NCBI RefSeq assembly: GCF_001194135.2
Contig: NC_068985.1
Location: 88,031,880 to 88,095,879, forward strand
Direction: 5' to 3'
DNA: 64,000 nt
Origin: Octopus bimaculoides
Taxonomy: Eukaryota
Below, piece by piece: positions 12,686 through 25,960 of this stretch (its first letter is position 1; the number at the start of each line of letters is the position of its first letter). The translations under genes were made by a program, and so were the position numbers. The notes under the pieces were generated by a model. It was not told the origin of the DNA and did not search any database. It saw only the letters and a list, made by a program, of their open reading frames with translations.

Positions 12686-12915
12686 GGCGGCGAGCTGGCA
12701 GAAACGTTAGCACGACGGGCGAAATGCTTAGCGCCATTTCGTCTGCCCTTATGTTCTGAGTTCGAATTCCGTCGAGGTCGACTTTGCCTTTCATCCTTTC
12801 AGGGTCGATGAAATCAGTACCAGTTACGCACTGAGGATGATGTAATCAACTTCATCCCTTTGTCTGTAATTGTTTGCCCCCTCTATGTGTAGCCCCTTGT
12901 AGGCAATAAAGAGAT
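12686..12915 (+). mobile_element. SINE family A (tRNA-derived, Meta/CORE-like central domain), full copy
   Basis: ggcggcgagctggcagaaacgttagc head, gagttcgaattcc B box, gactttgcctttcatcctttc..gtcgat..gtaccag core, tail ending gcaataaagagata. Confidence 0.9.
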
Positions 12916-12919
12916 AAAT

Positions 12920-13134
12920 ATTCTTTTCTATTCAAAGCACAAGGCCCGAAATTTTGGGGCAGGAGGCCAGTCGATTAGATCGACCCCAGTACGCAACTGG
13001 TACTTAATTGATCGACACCGAAAGGGTGAAAGGCAAAGTCGACCTCGGTGGAATTTGAACTCAGACCATAAAAACAGTCGAAATACTGCTAAGCATTTCG
13101 CCCGGCGTGCTAATGATTCTGCCAGCTCACCACC
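12920..13134 (-). mobile_element. SINE family A, full copy with alternative tail
   Basis: Reverse complement of the same head and core; tail ...cgggccttgtgc..atagaaaagaat. Confidence 0.9.
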
Positions 13135-13798
13135 TTAACAACCAGAACAGTATTGCATCCTCTCGCTACTGTATCTTAGATGTTGTCCGTGTTTGGCCCC
13201 ACGTCAGACCTCATCCTATCCCAATCCAAGTTGTTTCAGCCGTTCATATATGTCTTCGTAATTTAAAGACAATACAATGTAATCTGAAAGACACTCATTT
13301 GATATTTGTAACATGTCTATTGACCGCATACACTATTTGGATGATTGCATTAGCGCTGATGGTTATTTTAAGCACAATATGTTTGATTCCACAACCCAAT
13401 TATGACCACCTCATCGTCTCTGTACAGACACAATGTATTATTGAATTTCACTTACCTAGTATCAATACTGCTGAGTAGGATGTAACTGCCGCGTATTATT
13501 TGGATTGCATGGTTATTAGGAATTTCCTTGGCAAAGTCGCTACATATGAAGACTGTTCAACGTATGAATTGATATAAATGTTCAAAGAATAAAGCACAAG
13601 ATTCTAGTGATGAAATGTAATTTCTTTAGAATGAGAATGCAGGTGTACATATAACTACTCAGCATAAAGAAAGAGATTAACCGTATCGAAGTCCGATAAG
13701 AAATCCTCTATTCAGTCTCTCGATTATCTAAAAGCAACAGCGAATTCGCACTCAAACAACAACCTACCAATACATATATATATATATATATATATATA

Positions 13799-13913
13799 NN
13801 NNNNNNNNNNNNNNNNNNNNNNNNNNNNNNNNNNNNNNNNNNNNNNNNNNNNNNNNNNNNNNNNNNNNNNNNNNNNNNNNNNNNNNNNNNNNNNNNNNNN
13901 NNNNNNNNNNNNN
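13799..13913. other. Assembly gap
   Basis: N run after (TA)n. Confidence 0.99.
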
Positions 13914-14065
13914 ATGCGTAAACTAAAAGAAGCAGCACATATGATAGGACACAATCTCCTAAGCAAACCGAGCGCAGATGTAAGAAGCATATGGGAACCG
14001 ATATTAATGAAGGATAAGAAAATATTAGATTTATAAGCCCTAAAATTCATTCCTTTATTGCCCAC

Positions 14066-14281
14066 GGGCATATGGCGTAGTGGTTAAGAGCGTGGACTAC
14101 TAACCCCAAGATTCCGAGTTCGATTCCAATCAGTAACTTGAATAGTAATAATAGTAACATCGAAAAATACCTTAGGAATGAGAACCTAGTTTCGAAATTT
14201 CCTCAAGCCACCTGATGAAGGCTGGAGGGTATACCAGCTCAAACGTTGTATTAATAACAAACAAGATGAGGACAAATATCC
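14066..14281 (+). mobile_element. SINE family H (tRNA head plus hammerhead tail), copy lacking the distal tail
   Basis: GGGCATA-TGGCGTAGTGG A box, GTTCGATTCC B box 14118-14127; hammerhead 14207-14252 with CTGATGA intact and G12>C. Confidence 0.85.
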
Positions 14282-16483
14282 TAATGACTAAAAACGGTTT
14301 CTTTATTCTGTTTGAATGTCTCATTTTAAAACTGTCGCTGCGTCAGTTTTAATTTCATATTTTTTCGTGTACTGATGATTTTAAGTATACATCGATGTTA
14401 CCTTAAGGTATCCTTCAATGATGTTTCTCTCACATCTATAGCATATAAAGCTGTATTTGGTGAAACAGATAATGCGTTATCTTTTCCATTCACCTGATGC
14501 CAACTATCACAAATCATGTTTTTTTTTTTAATGGTTCTGTAATCGAGTACGGGTTATTTAGTGACCTATCAGGCCATTTCAAGAAGTTTTGGTTAGTTGC
14601 ATTTGAAGTCAAAACTGTACAGCTCACGAAAGATTATAACCAAAGAAACTCCAGTTCAGAACTCGTCTCCTTCCTCGAAGCCATAATACATCTGAGAATA
14701 ACGTTCGTAAAATAGAGTTGTTTTGTTAAACAATAAAGTATGATTTAACGGAGAGTTGGCGACAAATTCTTGTCGATAAATTTGTCATAAGGTTATGGAA
14801 TATCGTTATTTCGGCAAATCGAGAGAAACTTTAGGAACAAATTATTCAGAAAAAGCCCTATCGTAGAAACGGTAAATGTTTAGTGGAAAATACAAGGAAA
14901 GATATGACACACAACATTATTCGTTTAGTCATTTGTAGCATTTAGTTATGTATGGTCAAAGTTAAGTTATAATAAGTAAGTTATTTTTACAAATGCAATA
15001 TATCGCGCTACTCAGTTTCATAGTTAAAATATATTTAATTACATTCACAGTTAAAATAATAATGTTTTTTTATATTAACGATTCAAGTAAATTGCGGTGT
15101 TTATATTTGTTCTCAAGTAAAATGTAGCATAGATTAATTAGATTAATGTTATTCTGTAATGTATACGATTTTGGAATTGCTTCCTTTATTTCTAAATTAA
15201 AGTCTTACCAAATTAAACTTTATATTTCGTTTTGGTAACAATATACTTAACACATTTGAAGTCAGTCACAAGACACTGCCCATGGGCCTTTGATGAAAAG
15301 TTTCTGAGAAGTAAACACTTTTTAGACAACAGCTTAATAAAGGAATATATTTTAATAAATGTTTCACGAGGTTTAGAATTGCTTGGAACAAAAGTAGTAT
15401 ATTTCAACAGAAACGTGGTTAACGCGTGATTTGAATGATTGCACTGCCTTACTTCACTGGTTTGGTTTGTGACTACACTACAAAGTATGGATAATTATTT
15501 GACTTAATAATTTCTTATTAAATGGAATTAAATCAGAATATGCAAAGCCATCGTTTGTTTTCATTTGTAGTACTGCATGCAGAAAGGCACAAAAAAATAT
15601 TTAAAATATCAATAAATGTATGTTAAAGAACATTTATTAATAAATGAATTGGAATTTATAAAGTTATTCTTGGTATTTACACAAATTTTGATAATTCTAA
15701 TGAAAGATAAGTAGGTCAATCGGTATTTTAAATGTGAAACTTTCTTGAAAGAAAGATTTATAGTATAAAATCAGACTGTTAAATGCTACTTACTCAGAAA
15801 GTACGGTATACTCCACACAAATATCGATATTGCAATCAGCTCTATCTAGTTCAGAACTCAGATATTTCAATTATTTTTGCAAGACAAAGATCACTTGACA
15901 TTTCATTGTCTCGATTAGCTGACCCCATTGCTAACTTGTGACCCTTTTTCTAACATAGGTTCACTAGAACAACAAGTTCAAGCCACAGACCATCACCAAT
16001 CAATAGAATGTTATAACTATGACAACATACAATAGTATGTGATGTGTGTTGATTTCACGTCACTAATTGTATGTATTCAAAGGTAATTCCATAAACCATT
16101 AGAAACCTTTGAGTAAGTTCTCAGTTCTTTTTTCTACAAGCAATAGAAATTCTTTGAAACATTCTGACCTTACAGCTAACCTTTATACTGACATTAAAAG
16201 GAACCCTTAGTACTATATCATGCACTTAATCGTAGTCAGTCGTTTAGAGAAGAATGGTTTTGGATGTAAGATAATTTTCTTTCGTAAGGACTTTATATTT
16301 AACAAAAGAGCAATGCACAATAATCTACTTGACATATTAAAATATTATATTAGAGAGAATTATTTGAAAATAACATAAAGATTTTAACATACCGTATATT
16401 CTAATATATTGTTATAGCTATGTGCGCTTTAGTAGTTGTACGCATGCTCACATGCATGTATGTATGTGTGTGTCTATGTTTTA

Positions 16484-16555
16484 GACTGAGGCTATGCTGG
16501 GGCACGGAGTTGGAGGAATTTTAGTCGGACAAATCGACTCCAGGACTTTCTTTTA
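16484..16555 (-). mobile_element. SINE family B, tail fragment
   Basis: ctatgctggggcac..ttggaggaattttagtcg..aatcgac matches 61790-61835. Confidence 0.55.
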
Positions 16556-16960
16556 TGTATGTGATTGTGTGTGGCTGCATTTCTGTCTATACAAGTATGT
16601 CGGTAGTAGAGACGTTTGTTTCGTAACGGTGTGGTTTTGCATTTAGCCCCATCACACGGTGTCCGCAATCTTTACTAACTTTTAGTATTGATCCAAACCG
16701 AACAATCGCTTTTCATTGAATTTGGTTGACCGAATTTTTTGTGAGTATGTTCAAGTTAAATTAAAGGAATTAGACGTTGGTTATTAGTTAAAAGCAAGTT
16801 TAAGTACAATAGAGGAATACTTACTGCAGATGTAACACACAATACTAATTGCAGAGCCAGGAAAATATATGCGGGTGGACGGATGCGTATACGTTGACAC
16901 TTATACATACATACATACATGCATAAATACATAAATATATATATATATATATTATATACG

Positions 16961-16965
<5 letters not shown>

Positions 16966-17014
<49 letters not shown>

Positions 17015-17025
17015 ACACACACACA
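16966..17025. repeat. (CA)n microsatellite
   Basis: Direct reading. Confidence 0.95.
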
Positions 17026-20000
17026 TATATATATTTATTTATATGAAGGGCATGATTTTTGTTCATTTTTATGTGTTTTGATTATGCTTGCACTGACGAT
17101 TAAAAAAGTGAGTTTTGAGCAGTAATTATGAAATCATATGATCTACAGCTGAATCTGTTTTTAAACGGCTCGCTTGGAGAGTTGCATTTCCTCACGTTCG
17201 GTATAATGTGTTTATTATGGTAGTCTTGAGTTTAAAATTACCTCCGAGCGTAAGGCATTTATGTATAGTAATGCCCTTAATATAAATAAATATATTTAAA
17301 GGGAATAAGTAATAATTTTTTCCCTTATGAGGTTTTTCACGCTAACTACTTGATAATGTATTTGGCTAACGATCATAAAGTCGTGAGCAACACGCTTTAT
17401 TTCACGTTGCTCCAGTCCACTCATCTGGCAAAAGTGTGTTGTACCTCTGTTTGAAAGTGTTATCCTTGTCGCATTCAGTGTGACGATGAATGTCCATAAC
17501 GACAATACTAATGGTACTCGTGTCTGTGGCGTTCTCGACCACTTGTACGTTAATTTCATGGGCAGGATGTTCCGTAGATCAGGTCAGCTGGAACATGAAT
17601 GTAGTTTAGCATAATCATGTTGGACATCAGATGTTCGTAACCGTTGCCATTTTGAGGTATGTGAAGAGTTCTGTTTATTCCAGTATGGTTACCTTTAGCA
17701 GAAACCAGTAATTGCCTTTTTTAATATACATGTTGGAACAATCATTTTTCCGCTTAGTCAACAGCGACCTAGATATTCGTAACTGAGGAGTTCAAATCAA
17801 ATCGAAACGTGGCCTCTGGTGGTCCACCGGATTTCTATACCCTTTTTTTGTACACATTTCTCATTTGGGTGTTTCTCGGAGATAAAATATTAGAGCTAGT
17901 GACACTCCACATTTTGTATACCTATTATAAACGTTACACATACCTATATTAAGATCTTATTTTTCTTACAAGTGTGTTTATTAATACAATTTGTATTAAT
18001 TATTCAGCAAAAATAAAAGAAAAAAGAAAAAGAAAAATGAAATTGAGCTAATTAAATGACTCGCTATTTTCCTTAAATACCGAGATGATACAAAACGATG
18101 TCTCGAAAGTAATCATATTAATATTAAGAAAACGAGTAATCATGATATTTTGAACACCATAAATGGAAGATAATTACAAATTAATAGCTATGCCAGTAAT
18201 TATTCATAATTCCACAACCAATACTATAAACACTAAATTCTATATACTGTCAGACATTATTTTAAGTTACCACTTTCTGAAGACACTGTTAAGCCTAACC
18301 AAAACGTTTCATAAATGTTGATAGCCAATGATCTTCCTATATGTGATAAAAAGATCTCTGATCTTCTATGATCAAATAATGACAATGTTGTTAATTACCT
18401 AAACATAAACCACATACAAGAACAACAACAACAGGAAATATCACTTATATTCAGATTAATCAAAGACAAAACAAGTGACTGGCCATCAGCTGCCAGTTAG
18501 TTTGTATATATATTTATATAGCACTCTGGCAGTATTAGCGATTTCAAGATCATGTTGATCTGTAAAAGGACCCTTAAATCGACTCTCACGGAATCACTTT
18601 GAAAAGCACTTCAGTCACTCCTTCAAAGCTATATTGTATAGGTTGCCTCCCTCTTCAGCGACTACTGTATCTAACACTTCTACTGTATACATTGCATTTA
18701 CTCGCAAGCACCTATGACCCATTCCATATCTCTAAATGAAGATTGGGTGCTTCGCAAATTTCCTAATTGTACGCTACCTTCATAAAATTCTTCTACTTAT
18801 TTTCGGAAACTCCCCGAAATATTTGTAGAGAAATTGATCATACTTTAATTATATTGAGCAAAAATATTAAACACACATACACTCACACAAAAACACAAAA
18901 GGATTGCAGCACAACACACAAACATATACACCGCACACGTCTATATATCTCAGATCATGTTAGACATAAGATATTCAAAATTTGACTTTATTTCGAATTT
19001 TGTAACTTGTATATTAAACTGGAACAGTTTCGAAAATGTGTAAAGCATTATAAGTATTTCGAAACATTATGGGATATGAAGTAATTCAACTTTTAAACGA
19101 GGAATCTTGGAGTTGCTGCAGCTATGAGTAATTGCGTATTGAAAATTAGGCTTTGGGAACCGTTGGAAGAAAAAAAACAATTTGAAAGGCTTCCCATGTG
19201 ACTCAAACTAAGAAAGTCTGTAAACATGACATATTTGATAACCATTACACACAAGCAGGGCTTCAAATATTGTCCATCAATTTGGAAGCTTTGTTTTCAT
19301 ACAAGCAAACATTGTGCGACGTTTCCATTCTAAGAATTTAATTGAAAACCAAGCAAATCCGAAACATTACAACATTTTATATGATAACGGTTTCTACTTT
19401 ATTAATGTCATTAAAGGAGAGAGCTGTAAACCAAGAATTCTACCAATGCCGTCTTGGAAATGAATGGATGATTTGTATTTAGAACATCATGGCTGTCCTG
19501 AAGCGAAACCAGTCGTAAAACAATAAATCTCAATTTAACAATATGACTACCTGAGATATTTTCATATTAATATATTAAAATCCATTCTTTAATATATTAA
19601 AGCCATTAATATATTAAAATCATTCTTCACTGATGATACCGAGCAGTTAAAAACCATACAATGATGGAGAAAGGAACGTGATTTAATATAATTCTATATG
19701 TGAAATACTTTCCTTGAAACAGAATTTGGAAATGGACAAACTCCGTTAATGCAAACAGAATTATAGAACTTGGACTTCCCCTGAAGTTTTGGATTGCTTG
19801 CAGAGTTCGTTCGGGATGGCTGCGTTGGTTTGTTGTTTTAAGCTTGTGAAAGATAATATTTGCCTTTCGTTCTTTTGAGAGTGCTTTTCGATAGATATTC
19901 TACCGAACTTCCACTGTGTACCGTTATGACTCTTAAAACATCGGATCGCTTATGTTATGCAACTCAAATAGTAGAGCTCCTTGTTCAGATTCCAAGTAAA

Positions 20001-20638
20001 TGAATAACAATTCCGCCAAAGGACAATACACATCACCAGAGACAAAGAGACCGAAGGCGATTTTTATAGTTACAGCGTGTAGAAGATGTATGGAGTAGTC
20101 GAACAGTGATGAAAATTACCACTTAACATTGTTGTTATAGGTAGTTTATATGTCATTATAAGTGGATTTGAATGAAACAAGCATGACTTCAAAATACCTG
20201 CTGTGATGAAATAATTCCAGTTAAGGCGTAGTGTGACTGAAATATGCAGATATGCAGGTTTGATATTTTATATTTTGTTGTAAAAATAATTGAATTTTCC
20301 TGTGATATTGAATTAAAATTTGCTGTGATACGGTCATTTTATTGACAATAATATAAATTCCAGAGAAATTCTCAAAGGTACACAGGAACAATCCAATTTG
20401 TAACGATGCTGCCTGTAAGTCTAGACAATAATGTAATTTTAAAGGCCACAATCCGAGCAATTATTTTGTTAAATAACCAAATTTGAAAATAAACTTCGAA
20501 GCTGAAGATATCATTTTGACTCTATTGTAATCACTGATGATAGTAAATGCTGCATTGAATTACGTTTTGTTGTGATAACAACAAAATTTGATTAAATATG
20601 AATTAAGAACACAAACCCATTTATGAATATATACATAT

Positions 20639-20712
20639 ATGTGTGTGTGTGCGTGTGTGTGTGTGTGTGTATGTGTGTGTGTGTGTGTGTGTGCGGGTGT
20701 GTGTGTGTGTTT
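20639..20712. repeat. Imperfect (GT)n microsatellite
   Basis: Direct reading. Confidence 0.9.
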
Positions 20713-21950
20713 GTGTGTCTGTGTGTATGCACGTTTGCTTGTTTGATTGTGTCTGTTTGCGTGTATGTGTGTTTACACACACACATTTGTATATAATAAA
20801 TAAGAAAATAAATAACATCAAAGTCATGGGTTTGAATGAGCCATCATTTCCGAACATTATATTACCTAAACGAGAAACAGCAAGAGAATTAAAGGAAACA
20901 ACAAGATAAAAATGAAACATTAGATATTTTATGTAACATCATTTCCTAAATAAATACACAAGGAAAATATATAAATACACCGCGAAACTATTGAATATTC
21001 ACAAAACATTAAAAAAAAACATGTTTGTGAGGAAATATTTTAAAATTATGTTTATGGATTTTATTGTAAACAAATTTTTCAGATATTGGAAATTCACATG
21101 ATTTTTGTAATACCATAAATATTGTGTAGTGTATTTATATTACTGATAGATATTTCCCGTAGCCCACTTTTTGAGGTAATTATGTAAATTATAGTAACCA
21201 AAATGTTCGTAACTCTATTTCTATTGGTAAAAATCTCTGTTCACTCTTCAAACCAGGATTGATAAGAATATGGTGGATGGTTAGATATAATAAGAGTAAA
21301 AGATGTCCGTAGCTATCAACAGAGTTGTTTAAAAGAATGTTAGAATTTCCTTTTAGTCATAAAATTTCAATTTTCTGTAATTCTAAGACTAAAGTCTTGG
21401 ATTTATATCGAATCTCTATAGTCGAAACCATTTTCCAGACACGTTTTGAGATCCTTCCCAAATAAAAGTACATTTCAATATTTTTAGAAATGTTTCTATA
21501 TGTTATTAAGTGACTTAACACTAACATGATTAATGATTATATAAATCCATACCATTAACGCACTAACATACCTTCCCTTCAGTCCATTATTGAACGAGTT
21601 TGAGAAGAGTGAGAAATTTTGAAGAGGTGTCGTCATAACAATTCAACAGCTTGCATCGCAATCCTTTCTTTCCGAGCGCAATCTCACTACGTGGGACTGT
21701 CTTCATGTATACAATTACAGCCCTAAAACCAACGTTCGCTTGTGAGTAAAACTGGTAGCTTTAAACTTGACCTATATGTATACATATATGATCTGCCAGT
21801 GCTCTGGACACTACTCCTCTCAAGACATGCATTTATAGCAGCTGCCGTTGGTTGATATTGATATATATGAATAATATATGTATCATTCAACAATTAACAT
21901 ATTACATATCGAGACTACGCTCTTCAACAGAAAGAAACATGACATTTATA

Positions 21951-22628
21951 CAGCGTGTCCAGAAATAAAGGCAACTGAAGTTTCCGGCTTTAATAACAAA
22001 CAATAAATATGTCAATGGCTATAGACCGCAATATGAGCATAACCCTCCGCAAAGGCGAATATAATACAGGTATAGAAAAAAGGTTGAAAATTAACCGAAT
22101 AACAGTCTAGAATATTGTCAAGAAATTTCAACTTGTTCCAAGTTGATTGACCTGGGCATGGCCGAGAAAGAATTGTGTCGACCCCTCAGCTTAGCGAAAG
22201 TACCAGAGAGACGATAAGGCGAACTCCAAACAGACACAGAACCTGATTCAGAAAAAGAATTCCTTCGTTTATAGGCAAGGAAGCATGGCCCTCGAGGAAC
22301 CTTGATGTCAAACCACTGGGTTTTTCTGTTTGATCCATTTTGGTGAACAGGGTCTGGAGCATTCCTCATGCTACGCTCGACGCTCTGACGACAAAACTGC
22401 AATGGGAATGGGTTTCGATTCCGCAAGAACAGCTGCGGGCTGTGTGTGAAGCATTCACACCTAGACGTAAGGCTGTGATTCGAAACACGGTTGATCATAT
22501 CGAATGCTTATGGTAGTTTCATAACTGTTTCCTTCACCATTGCATTGCAACACTCGTACAGGAAGTATAAGAATATTTTGCTTTGCCAAACTGAAAACAG
22601 TTTGTTGCCTTAATTTTGGGACACTCTC
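21951..22628 (+). mobile_element. Non-autonomous DD37D/maT-type Tc1-mariner deletion derivative with TIRs
   Basis: TA|CAGCGTGTCCAGAAATAAAGGCAAC at 21951 and its inverse at 22604-22628 (20/25 match). HTH KRLKINRITV.NIVKKFQ joined to C-terminal WPSRNLDVKPLGFSV.SIL...NTVDHIE; catalytic middle missing. Confidence 0.85.
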
Positions 22629-23654
22629 TCTTTATATATATATATTTATATCAAAACTCGTGCCCTCACGCAATATATTTATACCTTTTCATATTCGTTT
22701 TAGGGTTCATTTAGTTGACTGAGATTAATATTTGTACCCTATCAAGCGTGTGATAATAATATAAACGTTTATCTCTATTAGTATTATTCTCGTAAGAGGA
22801 GTGAAACTTATCCGTCTGCTGTTCAAACATCCCGAAACATTTTGTAATTTTATTCACCTCATATTTAGTGAGCACATTACATAAATATTTCTTTGGATGT
22901 AGTGGATGGCGTCAGGCTAACACGGAAGATCTCAAAGAGTGTAGTTTATTGAGTATCACCGGATATTACATATCCGACTACACTGCAAGGAATAAATGAA
23001 GTGAAATCATTTCTTTGGTAATTACATCGTATTTTGGGCTTGTCGGAATGTTACGACAACTCTACTGCACGACACATTCAACAATAGCTTTTAAATTATC
23101 TCTACCAATACTGATCGTTTCTTTTGCGATTATTTAAAGACTTTGTTCGTCTTGGGACTAATTGGCATGTACAATAACACGACAGTGTGTGAGGCAAGGA
23201 TTCGTCTCGTAAGCATATCAGTACGCATATAGATCTGTGTGTGTACGTATGAGCGGCAGAGCGCCAGCCTTTATTTGTGTATGAGTGTTTGTTTACTTAC
23301 TCGAGAGTTATAGGAATTTACGTAGCAGGTGATCAACATTGCACGCTTTCATTAAATATAAACCAATAACATAGGTAATTGAGCTGACAATAATATTCTA
23401 ACATCTGGCTCGTTTATATCTGCGGAGAAAGGTTTAAAGATATTGGGAATCTGTAATATTCAACAAACGTTTAAAGGAGACTCTTTGTTGTTAACTTACC
23501 GTGGAAACTCAGTGCCGTGACTGTAGATTTGCTGTTGTGATAGAAGTGTATGTCGCAGGTACATTTAAACCTGGGGGAGCTTACGTTTCCGATTTAACCA
23601 CAGACAATTTCTTTCAGAAGTGAAAAACACAGAAAGTGATAGAGAAAGGAAGAG

Positions 23655-23816
23655 AACCATCGACTATATCAGGAAACCAGCACTACATTTTTCAACCTCG
23701 AAAAGATAAATAATGAAGATGACTTCGATTGAATTTGAACTCATAGCGGAGAGTTTAGGAGTGATTATGTGAAGCAGTGTATCCGAAGCTCTACCTAATC
23801 TGCTAATTTATCACCT
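23655..23816 (-). mobile_element. SINE family A, old degenerate copy
   Basis: Weak but colinear match (ttcaacctcgaaaagat...gaatttgaactca...ctgctaatttatcacctt). Confidence 0.55.
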
Positions 23817-24384
23817 TTGACATTATTATCTATCTTTTATTCAAATTTTATGAAATACTAATGATCTTTTTTCTTTTGCGGTGTGGTATTTGATAATGCA
23901 TTTGCAATGTATTTTGATCAATTTTCCTGATTGTGGCTTTTTACATATGTTAAAATAAGAGTTTTTGCAAACTGGCATTTTCGGATTAAAGTAGATTTGA
24001 CAACGTATCATCATTTGATGTAAAACTATCAGAGAACAGTTATTGTGTTACTTTATGAGACAGACAACTATTATGAATAATAGAGCACTATATTTCTTAA
24101 TGTAATATTTAAATTTTACTATATTGATTTCGTTTATTTGTGATGCAATTAACATCGCTTTGTAAGAGCGTTCTATACTTTCTCTTTTCTCACATTAAGA
24201 GCTCGTCTTTAGTTCTCTTTTGTCACGTACTAATTAATAGATGTCGCAATCTGTTCATCTTCTATTAGTGTTTCTAGACTCTACATCCATATTTTCTACG
24301 TTGTTTTATAAATTAAACTAACGCATTTACTTTGTTTGTTTCTGGTATGTTTTGCACAGAAGCATCTTGTCAAAGAAAATACAG

Positions 24385-24889
24385 TAAGAAAAATGTGAAA
24401 AGAAAATGTTAGGGGTGATGCGGTCGTAGAAATCATCTAACAGCCATGACTGGTTTCTTCTGCTTGTGTGGAATGGTGCAGAGTCATATTGCCATATATA
24501 GGGTCTTCCAGCAGTTACCTTCTTGACCCAAGGCAGCGTTACCTTCCCCAAGCACCTGATGTATGCCTCCATGTTGATCCTGTGGTGGAGTGAGAAAATG
24601 ACTGGAGGCATAACATCGCCATCACTAGCGACCACTCAAAACACCATGATGTTGACTGGATATTTGATTTTTATCACTCTCAGTACATGTTTTGGGCACA
24701 CAGCAAACACTCATATTGACACCCAAACGCCCTGAGATATTCAAATTGGAGCTTTCGGCGTGAATGCTAAGCAGTACACCATGTCTTTGCAAAGTTTCTG
24801 GTAAAATGAAGTCAAAATCAAAAACAATCAATGCACATGTACGAAATAAAAAAAATATAAAATGGCAACGATATACGTATCGCACACTG
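24385..24889 (-). mobile_element. DD37D/maT-type transposase remnant with 5' TIR
   Basis: ORF SDGDVMPPVIF...YIRCLGKVTLPWVKKVTAGRPYIWQYDSAPFHTSRRNQSWL; N-terminal RHGVLLSIHAESSNLNIS; end TA|CAGTGTGCG at 24889. Confidence 0.85.
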
Positions 24890-24954
24890 TACGTACATGT
24901 ATATGTTGAAACCTTTATCTTTTAGCAGAAATGCTAGAAATATTCTGAAGTATG

Positions 24955-25147
24955 TTATTTACATTATTTACATTTGACGGATATTTGTCCTCATCTTGTT
25001 TGTTGCTAACATAACGTTTCGGCTGATATACTTTCCAGCCTTTATCAGGTGTTTTGGAGAAATTCCGAAACTGGGTTCTCATTCTAAGAAAAATATTCTT
25101 CAAATATAAATGATATAAATAATTCCTCATCTCTAAATATAGACCTG
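24955..25147 (-). mobile_element. Family H pLTR copy with 5' inversion and 14-bp TSD
   Basis: Minus-strand body 24955 to about 25101 (hammerhead 25008-25053, G8>A), plus-strand tail 25102-25147; TATTCTGAAGTATG at 24941-24954 and 25148-25161. Confidence 0.85.
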
Positions 25148-25364
25148 TATTCTGAAGTATGCCGCTCAGTTACATATCTCTGCGAAAATCCTGGTTGCCG
25201 ACCCAACCTTCAGATTTCTTTCACAAGGTTTATCAAAGCTGGTGTACCGTTGCAATAAGTGTGTGAATCTGAGAGGGGAATATCTTGAATTAAATCATAA
25301 TTAACTGGTCTTCCTGTATTTGCTTATATTCAAAGCCAGAAACTTTTCAGCACGACCTCGTATA

Positions 25365-25445
25365 CATATATACATACATACATACATGCATACATACATA
25401 CATACATACATACATATACAGACAGATAGATAGATAGATAGATAT
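25365..25445. repeat. (CATA)n(GATA)n microsatellite
   Basis: Direct reading. Confidence 0.9.
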
Positions 25446-25699
25446 GTAGATAAATGAAATATTACTATAAAGAAAAAGGGTATTGCAAGTGTGCTTGAAT
25501 TTCTGTGATGTATATAACAAAATACTGGAAAGAAAGCTGTTATTTATATGGATGGAGTCAGTAGGAAAAGTGTCAATAATTTTTGTTGAGAAAAATGCAC
25601 CAAAGCGACCTTGGGGAGTAGAAAATTAATTAAAATCACTAACAGCATGTTAGATTAAGAAACAGAAATGATTAAATTAGATCAAACACAGACAGTAAG

Positions 25700-25960
25700 T
25701 TAAGAATAACGAAAGAGACTGAGTGGAACTTACACAAAAACGGATAGAAAGGAATATCGAGAGACGCATAAGGTTAATGGTTATTACATAACTAAATACA
25801 AAAAAGATTAAAAAAACATATGGTAAGGTATTATGCATCAATATTCTAACTGTTCCAATAATAAGATATACTCGTAATATTCGCAACTGGAATGTAAGTG
25901 AATTCACAAGAATAGAAAGCAAAGAAATTAATGAATAATTTATAATGCACCCCGCAAAGT
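25700..25960 (+). mobile_element. Dong/R4 LINE fragment (post-RT thumb region)
   Basis: INILTVPIIRYTRNIRNWNVSEFTRIE resembles AINTLAVPVITYSFNIINW.LSEL. Confidence 0.55.

Noticed and set aside
14066-14130. tRNA-like sequence (also 8788-8850) as a real tRNA gene
   Set aside because: No acceptor-stem 3' strand, broken T and anticodon stems, and it runs into a repeat body; it is a SINE head.
14440-14760. Possible hAT (Charlie-like) fragment LFSDLSGHF
   Set aside because: A single short motif; insufficient support.
17290-17660. Possible Tc1/maT remnant on the minus strand
   Set aside because: Motif similarity too weak to call without a search.
17775-17820. Hammerhead-like CTGAGGA...CGAAACGTG
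   Set aside because: Stem II does not pair, the triplet is GUG (not NUH) and there is no stem I.
18490-18532. Hairpin CTGCCAG...CTGGCAG with a miR-22/745-like seed (AGCTGCC)
   Set aside because: Only about 17 bp with two bulges, partly AT-repeat driven, no basal stem, and the sequence beyond the seed matches no miRNA I know.
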